Assembly (NCBI GenBank): GCA_963782055.1
Contig: CAWAIF010000003.1
Span: 1,952,001-2,016,000, forward strand
DNA: 64,000 nucleotides
From: an uncultured delta proteobacterium
GTDB taxonomy: Bacteria; Myxococcota_A; Polyangia; Polyangiales; Polyangiaceae
Direction: 5' to 3'
Notes under the pieces: generated by a model
Database searches by the model: none
Told to the model about the DNA's origin: nothing
Seen by the model: the letters and a program-made list of their open reading frames with translations, nothing else
Made by a program: the position numbers and the translations under genes
Part shown: positions 58,276 through 64,000 of the stretch, one piece after another
Numbering within the stretch: position 1 is the stretch's first letter
Layout of the letters: each line of letters opens with the position of its first letter

Positions 58276-58467
58276 ATGAGCAAGACGCGCACCGAAGTGA
58301 GGGCTGATTCGAAGCGAAAGGCGGTGGCCGCCGGCGTCACCACGGCCGCCGCGGTCGGGCTGGGGGTCATCGGGTGGCCTGTCACTGCCACCATCGCCGC
58401 CGTGCCGGCCGCGGTGCTCACCTGGAAGTGGTGGAAGCACCGGGCGGAGAACGGCATCAAGTTCTAG
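58276..58467 (+). CDS. Small membrane protein
   Basis: 63 aa with a hydrophobic hairpin and W.WWKHRA.NG.KF tail; TAACCT 7 nt before the ATG. Confidence 0.6.
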   Translation: MSKTRTEVRADSKRKAVAAGVTTAAAVGLGVIGWPVTATIAAVPAAVLTWKWWKHRAENGIKF

Positions 58468-58527
58468 GCTCCGGGTCGCTGTCATCTGAGTTGACGGAAC
58501 GGGGACTTGCCGGCCATTCTAAGGGGG

Positions 58528-61500
58528 ATGGCTGCGGCGCGCGGGGTGTCATCTTCGTTGGCGGTCGCCGGCGACTGGGTGCTGGAGGCTCCGGTCGGCC
58601 GGGGCGCGACCTCCGTCGTCTACCGCGCCAGCCACCGCGAGAGCGGCGTGCAGGCGGCGGTGAAGGTGCTCGCCGCCGGAATCGCCCCAGGAGAGGCTGA
58701 GCTGCTGGCGCGGCTGGGCCGGCGGTGGGGGCCGGCGCTGCTCGACGTGGGGCGGCTGCCCTCCGGTCAGACCTTCCTCGCCACCGAGTGGACCGAGGGC
58801 GAGCCCCTCGCGGTCGCGGCGCGTGAGGGGGAGCAGCGCGCGCTGATCGTCGCCCACGCCGTCGGGCGGGCCCTGGCCGAGCTGCACGCGTCAGGCGTGC
58901 GACACGGGGACGTGAAGCCCGCCAACGTGCTGTGGCATGGCCGGAAGCCCGCACGCGACGTGCCGACCGAGCGCGGCGCCACCCTCATCGACCTCGGGCT
59001 GGCGACGCGGGTGGGCGCCGCCGCGCGCGGCGGGACGGCGCGCTACGCGGCGCCAGAGCTGGCGCGTGGGGCGGACGTGGGACCGCGCGCGGACCTGTTC
59101 GCCCTCGGCGTGATGCTGGCGGAGCTGCTCGAGCCGGCGCTGGCGACGGCGACCGATCCCGCGGCGAGGGTCGCGAGCTGGACGGGGAAAGGGGACATCG
59201 CGCGGGTGGCGGCGCTGCTGCTCTCTCCGCACCCCGGCGCGCGTCCGGACGCGGCGTGGGTGGCCGATCGCGCCGCGCGGCTGCTCGCGCTGCCGGCCGA
59301 CCCGGCGGAGCCGGGCGAGGCGCGGGCCGCGGAGGTGCGGCGGGCATACCTCGCGCTGCGAGCGCCGGAGATCGCCGGCGCGACCGGGGTCGCCGACGAT
59401 GTGCGTGGCCCGGCGCGGGGATGGCTGGAAGAGGCGTGCTCGCTCGCGCGCAGGATCCGTCCGGCGGAAGGCGAGTCGCTCCTCGGTGCGAGCAGCGCGC
59501 TCGTTCGCTCGCGCTGGCTGGTCGCGCTGGTCGGCGCGGCGGCGGCGGCGTGGCCCGTCGACACGGTGGCCGAGGACGTGTTCGCCGACCGCCTGCTCGC
59601 GCTCGCGCGGGAGCGGCCCTTCTCGTCGTGGACGCTCGCCGATCTGCGCGGCGCGCGGCCGGCAGCCCTCGAGCGCGGCAAGGGGAACGCGACCGATCGC
59701 GCGGTGGCGCTCGCCCTCGCGCTCGCGCGCGCGAACCCGCGCAAGGAGGCGCTGGCGGAGGCGGAGGCGATGGTCTCGGCGCACCCCGCTCCGGCGCTCG
59801 CGCTCGCGCTCGCCGAGGCGCTGGCGCGAGCAGGGGAGATCGGACGCGCGCGGCTCGCGCTCGACGGGATCGAGGGGGCGCGCGCGGAGGTGCTGCGGGC
59901 GGAGCTGGCGCGTCGCGCGGGCGACCGCGCCGGCGCAGAGAAGGCGGCACGGGCGGCGCTCGCGCAGCGCGACGCGCCCGCCGGTCTCGCGTCTCGTGCC
60001 GCCTCGGTGCTCGGCAGGCTCGCGTGGGACACGGGCGATGACGCGGGGGCCGCGCGCGCGCTCGAGGGCCACGCCGGCCCGGCGCCCGCGGAGGTGGCCG
60101 CGCTGGTGGCGTACCGGCACGGCGCCTTCGACGCGGGGCTGCGCGTGGTGGCCGACGCGTTGCCGCTCTGCGACGACGCCCTCTCCCGCGCGCGCCTGGA
60201 GAGCATGCGCGGCTACCTGGAGCACGCGGCGGGTCGCTCGCGGCCGGCGCTGGAGGCGTACGCGCGCGCGGTGGATCTCGCCACGCAGTGCGGCGCGGTG
60301 CCGGAGGAGGCGACCTATCTCGTCGGCGAGGCGGCCTCCGCGCTCGACGCCGGCGACGTGGGACGCGGTATCCGCAGCGCGACGCGCGGCGCGCTCCTGC
60401 TCGAGCGCCTAGGACGCTTCTCGGAGGCCTCCGTCGCGTGGCTCGGCCGCGCCGGGGCCTTCGCCGCGCTGGGCGCGACGCACGAGGCGGACGTGGGAGC
60501 CGGGCAGGCGATGGCCCTCGCCGGACCTGACGCGCGCGCGCGGGCGTTCGCCCGGTGGGCGCGGGTGGAGACGCGGCCGGAGGGTGATCCCGTCGCGCGG
60601 GAGGAGTCGCTCGCCGCGCGCGCGGACCTCGCGACCTCCGGCGTCGAGGATCGGGTGCGGGCGGAGGCGCGCGCGCTGGTGTGGGCGCCGGACGCGGTGG
60701 ACGCCGACGCCATCCGATCGACTGACCGCGCGTCGGCGGCGGCGAGCGGCGCCGCGCGCTGGGAGTGGTGGGGGGCGCGTGCCCGTCGCATCGTCGCCGG
60801 CGGTGGCGAGGGCGAGGGCGCGGCGGAGGTGCTCGCGGCGCTCGTCGGCCTGGTGGACACGCCGGCGCCGCTGTGGTGGCGCGGCCCCGCGCTCGCCGCG
60901 GGCCGCGACCTGGCGATGAAGCTCGGCGACGGCGAGGCGGCGCGGCGGCTGGAGGCGTTGCGGCGAGAGGCGGCGTCGCGCCTGCGCGAGACCACGCCGC
61001 CGGAGCACGCCGACCAGCTCACGCAGCTCGCGTGGATGCGCGACGTCGCGCGGGAGGAGTCGGGGCTGCTGCCCGAGCAGATCGGGCAGCTGGAGACCAT
61101 CGTGCGCTCGCTCTCGTACCGCGAGCGGCTCCGCCCGCTGCTCGAGCAGGTGCTCGACGCCATGGTGCTCTGGGTGGGCGTGGAGCGCGGCCTGCTCCTG
61201 CTGCGTGCGCCGCCGCGCGCCGGCGACGACGCCGTGCGGCTGGTGCCACGCGCCGCGCGCAACCTGGCGCGGGAGGACCTGCGCGGCGAGCAGCTCGCGC
61301 TCTCCATGACGCTGGCGCGCCGGGCGATGGAGAGCGGCGAGGCGGTGGTCGCCACCGACGCCTTCTCCACGATGGGCGACGTGCACGCGTCGGTGCACGC
61401 GCTGCGGCTGCGCAGCGTGCTGGCGGTGCCGCTCGTCGCCCGCGGCGAGACGCTGGGCGTCGTCTACCTGGACGACCGCGGGCGCCGCGGCGCCTTCGGC

Positions 61501-62667
61501 CCGCGCGAGCTCTCCTGGGTGAGCCTGCTGGCGAGCCAGGCGGCGCTCGCCATCGCCGACGCGCGCGATCAGGCGCTGCTCCGGCGGGCGGCGCGGCGCG
61601 CGGAGCGGGCGCAGCGCGAGCTCGCCGGCATCCTCTCCGACCGGGAGGCGGAGCTGTTCGTCACGCGCACCGAGCTGGAGGCGGCGAAGGGGGAGGCGAC
61701 GCGCTTCCGCTACGACCGCATCGCCGGGCGCAGCGAGCCGATGCGCGAGCTGTTGCGCGTGGTCGACCGCGTGACCACCAGCGACGTGCCGGTGCTCGTC
61801 GTCGGCGAGAGCGGGACCGGCAAGGAGCTCATCGCCCGCGCGATGCACGAGAACGGCCCCCGCGCGCGCCGCCCCTTCGTGAGCGAGAACTGCGCCGCGG
61901 TGCCGGAGACGCTCCTGGAGTCCGCGCTCTTCGGCCACGTGAAGGGCGCCTTCACCGGCGCGTCGCAGACGCGGCCGGGCCTGTTCGAGGTGGCCGACGG
62001 CGGCACCCTCTTCCTCGACGAGATCGGCGAGATGCCGCTCTCCATGCAGGCCAAGCTGCTGCGGGTGCTGCAGGACGGCGAGGTGCGGCCTGTTGGCTCC
62101 GACCGGATGCGGCGGGTGAACGTCCGGCTGGTCGCCGCGACGCACCGCGACCTGGAGGCGATGGTGCAGAAGCGCTCTTTCCGCGAGGACCTGTACTACC
62201 GGCTCAACGTCGTCACCGTGCGCGTGCCGTCGCTGCGGGAGCGCCGGCCGGACATCCCGCTCATCGTCTCGCACCTGCTCGCGCGGCACGCGCCGGGCCG
62301 CAAGGTGCGCGTGACGCGCGCGGCGATGGACCGCCTCGTCGCCTTCCCCTGGCCGGGCAACGTGCGGCAACTGGAGAACGAGGTGCGGCGCGCGCTGGTG
62401 CTGCTCTCCACGTCCGGCGAGCACGAGGCGGTGATCGACGTGGGCGATCTGTCGCCGGAGGTGGTCCGCGGAGGGCCGGACGCCGCGCGCGAGGCGGGGC
62501 TGGACCTGCGCGCGCGCGTGGACCTGCTGGAGACCGAGCTGCTGCGCGAGGCGCTCGCCAAGACGCAGGGCAACCAGACGCGCGCGGCCGAGCTGCTCGG
62601 CCTCTCGCGCTTCGGCCTGCAGAAGATGATGCGGCGGCTGAAGATCCTTGCGAAGGGGGCGTCGTGA
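58528..62667 (+). CDS. Ser/Thr kinase - helical repeat - GAF - sigma54 activator - Fis HTH fusion
   Basis: VGRGATSVVY, AAVK, HGDVKPAN, DLG, GTARYAAPE; GAF RSVLAVPL..LGVVYLD; GESGTGKE, GAFTGA, LFLDEIGE, WPGNVRQL, GNQTRAAELLG. Confidence 0.92.
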   Translation: MAAARGVSSSLAVAGDWVLEAPVGRGATSVVYRASHRESGVQAAVKVLAAGIAPGEAELLARLGRRWGPALLDVGRLPSGQTFLATEWTEGEPLAVAAREGEQRALIVAHAVGRALAELHASGVRHGDVKPANVLWHGRKPARDVPTERGATLIDLGLATRVGAAARGGTARYAAPELARGADVGPRADLFALGVMLAELLEPALATATDPAARVASWTGKGDIARVAALLLSPHPGARPDAAWVADRAARLLALPADPAEPGEARAAEVRRAYLALRAPEIAGATGVADDVRGPARGWLEEACSLARRIRPAEGESLLGASSALVRSRWLVALVGAAAAAWPVDTVAEDVFADRLLALARERPFSSWTLADLRGARPAALERGKGNATDRAVALALALARANPRKEALAEAEAMVSAHPAPALALALAEALARAGEIGRARLALDGIEGARAEVLRAELARRAGDRAGAEKAARAALAQRDAPAGLASRAASVLGRLAWDTGDDAGAARALEGHAGPAPAEVAALVAYRHGAFDAGLRVVADALPLCDDALSRARLESMRGYLEHAAGRSRPALEAYARAVDLATQCGAVPEEATYLVGEAASALDAGDVGRGIRSATRGALLLERLGRFSEASVAWLGRAGAFAALGATHEADVGAGQAMALAGPDARARAFARWARVETRPEGDPVAREESLAARADLATSGVEDRVRAEARALVWAPDAVDADAIRSTDRASAAASGAARWEWWGARARRIVAGGGEGEGAAEVLAALVGLVDTPAPLWWRGPALAAGRDLAMKLGDGEAARRLEALRREAASRLRETTPPEHADQLTQLAWMRDVAREESGLLPEQIGQLETIVRSLSYRERLRPLLEQVLDAMVLWVGVERGLLLLRAPPRAGDDAVRLVPRAARNLAREDLRGEQLALSMTLARRAMESGEAVVATDAFSTMGDVHASVHALRLRSVLAVPLVARGETLGVVYLDDRGRRGAFGPRELSWVSLLASQAALAIADARDQALLRRAARRAERAQRELAGILSDREAELFVTRTELEAAKGEATRFRYDRIAGRSEPMRELLRVVDRVTTSDVPVLVVGESGTGKELIARAMHENGPRARRPFVSENCAAVPETLLESALFGHVKGAFTGASQTRPGLFEVADGGTLFLDEIGEMPLSMQAKLLRVLQDGEVRPVGSDRMRRVNVRLVAATHRDLEAMVQKRSFREDLYYRLNVVTVRVPSLRERRPDIPLIVSHLLARHAPGRKVRVTRAAMDRLVAFPWPGNVRQLENEVRRALVLLSTSGEHEAVIDVGDLSPEVVRGGPDAAREAGLDLRARVDLLETELLREALAKTQGNQTRAAELLGLSRFGLQKMMRRLKILAKGAS

Positions 62668-63182
62668 TCGCCGCGCTGGGTGACAGGGTGCCGCTCGTGG
62701 CGCCGGACGCGTACGTCGCCGAGGGGGCGACGGTGGTCGGCAGCGTGGAGCTCGGCGCGCGCGCCAGCGTGTGGTTCGGCGCGGTGCTGCGGGGCGACTG
62801 CGACCTGATCACGGTGGGGGAGGAGTCCAACATCCAGGACGGCGCCGTGCTTCACGCCGACGAGGGCGTCCCCCTCACCATGGGGGCGCGCGTCACCGTG
62901 GGGCACCGCGCGATGCTCCACGGGTGCTTCGTGGAGGACGAGGCGCTCATCGGCATCGGCGCGATCGTCCTGAACCGCGCGCGCATCGGACGCCACTGCA
63001 TCATCGGGGCCGCCGCGCTGATCCCGGAGGGCAAGGTCATCCCGGAGCGCAGCCTGGTCGTCGGGGTGCCCGGCCGCGTGGTGCGCCAGCTCACCGACGA
63101 GGAGGTCGCGAGCCTCCGCGACAGCGCCGCGCACTACGTGGAGCAGGCGCGACGCTTCCGGGAGTCGCTGCGGCGCCTCTGA
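62664..63182 (+). CDS. Gamma carbonic anhydrase family protein (YrdA/PaaY-like)
   Basis: VWFGAVLRGD, SNIQDGAVLH, VTVGHRAMLHGC, GVPGRVVRQL; GTGA overlap. Confidence 0.92.
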   Translation: MIAALGDRVPLVAPDAYVAEGATVVGSVELGARASVWFGAVLRGDCDLITVGEESNIQDGAVLHADEGVPLTMGARVTVGHRAMLHGCFVEDEALIGIGAIVLNRARIGRHCIIGAAALIPEGKVIPERSLVVGVPGRVVRQLTDEEVASLRDSAAHYVEQARRFRESLRRL

Positions 63183-63188
63183 ACGTCT

Positions 63189-63674
63189 TCAGGGCGCCTC
63201 GCCGCACGCGCTCTGCCTGACCGCGCCGCCCGGCTGGGTATAGGTCAGAAGCTCCGCCTTGCAGTCGGCCTCGGTGATGGCGCAGTGATCTTCTCCCTGC
63301 GCCCCGTCGAACCAGAGGTGCGTGCAGGAGGCCGTCTTCTCGGCGGAGCACGAGGGGACGGTCGAACCGTCGGCGTGCCGTGCCGCCGCGGCGCGGCAGT
63401 CCTTGCGCGATCGCCCGCAGACGCTCCGGGTCGCGCCCCCGGCTCGGTACTCGAAGCAGTACCAGCCCGGACCGCCTCCCGGTTTCGGCGCCTGCTCGGC
63501 GGGCACCGTGTCGATGGCCTTCATTCCGGCCATCATGGGCGACGCGTAGCCGGTGCTCGCGCCGGCGGCGTGCGGGTAGGACGTGACGGCGTACGCCGGG
63601 TGCAGCGCTGGCTGGCAGGCCACGACGAGCGTGGCGGTGGCGGTGAGGGGGCCCAGGTAGAGGAGGTGTCGCAT
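63189..63674 (-). CDS. Cys-rich lipoprotein
   Basis: Lipobox LVVAC; two C...C-X6-C units. Confidence 0.7.
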   Translation of the reverse strand: MRHLLYLGPLTATATLVVACQPALHPAYAVTSYPHAAGASTGYASPMMAGMKAIDTVPAEQAPKPGGGPGWYCFEYRAGGATRSVCGRSRKDCRAAAARHADGSTVPSCSAEKTASCTHLWFDGAQGEDHCAITEADCKAELLTYTQPGGAVRQSACGEAP

Positions 63675-63820
63675 GATGGCCGCTGGTACGAGCGCTGGCT
63701 GCCTACCTTCCGGCTGCGCTGATTACTTCGGATTACCCGGGCAGCCAGCACGCCGAGGAGGCCGGTCAGGGTGGCGCTGGACAACGCGTCGTAGATTCTG
63801 TAGATGTCCGTCCCTCCTCC

Positions 63821-63893
63821 GGGGCCGTAGCTCAGCTGGGAGAGCGCATCCATGGCATGGATGAGGTCAGGGGTTCGATCCCCCTCGGCTCCA
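63821..63893 (+). tRNA. tRNA-Ala (GGC)
   Basis: Acceptor stem GGGGCCG/CGGCTCC with G3:U70; D-arm GCTCAGCTGGGAGAGC; anticodon stem CATCC/GGATG with loop ATGGCAT; T-loop TTCGATC. CCA is not encoded. TAGATT -10-like hexamer at 63792. Confidence 0.97.
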
Positions 63894-64000
63894 CCCCTGG
63901 TCGCAGGGGCGGCACGCGCCGCCCCTCCCCGCCCAAGTCCATTGGGCGGGGCCCTCCCCGACGTGGGCGCTCAGCCTGCGGCTCGGACTCCAGTTCATTC

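Overview
High-GC bacterial DNA. The gene content (many Cys-rich lipoproteins, Ser/Thr kinases, a kinase-sigma54 activator fusion) points to a myxobacterium of Polyangiales type; that assignment is inference. The window holds about 45 mostly accessory or stress genes: a divergent SecY-like N-terminus, PLD, a MoxR/VWA pair, a frameshifted cation-chloride-cotransporter/ATPase plus MscS module, katG, selO, Hsp20, a beta-CASP nuclease, a Rieske/cytochrome b-c pair and tRNA-Ala(GGC). The standout is two apparently identical 2,037-nt group II introns (40870-42906 and 50624-52660). Each sits immediately after the ATG of a different host gene at a GCCCATG site and carries a candidate EBS1 (CATG) complementary to the start codon. 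Each keeps an open frame from the host ATG through the ribozyme into its reverse transcriptase, and each ends in AAGGA-N7-ATG, rebuilding a ribosome-binding site and start codon for the displaced host gene. Both host genes look leaderless, so the element may target the 5' end of transcripts. All family calls come from motif recognition by eye; no database search was run.
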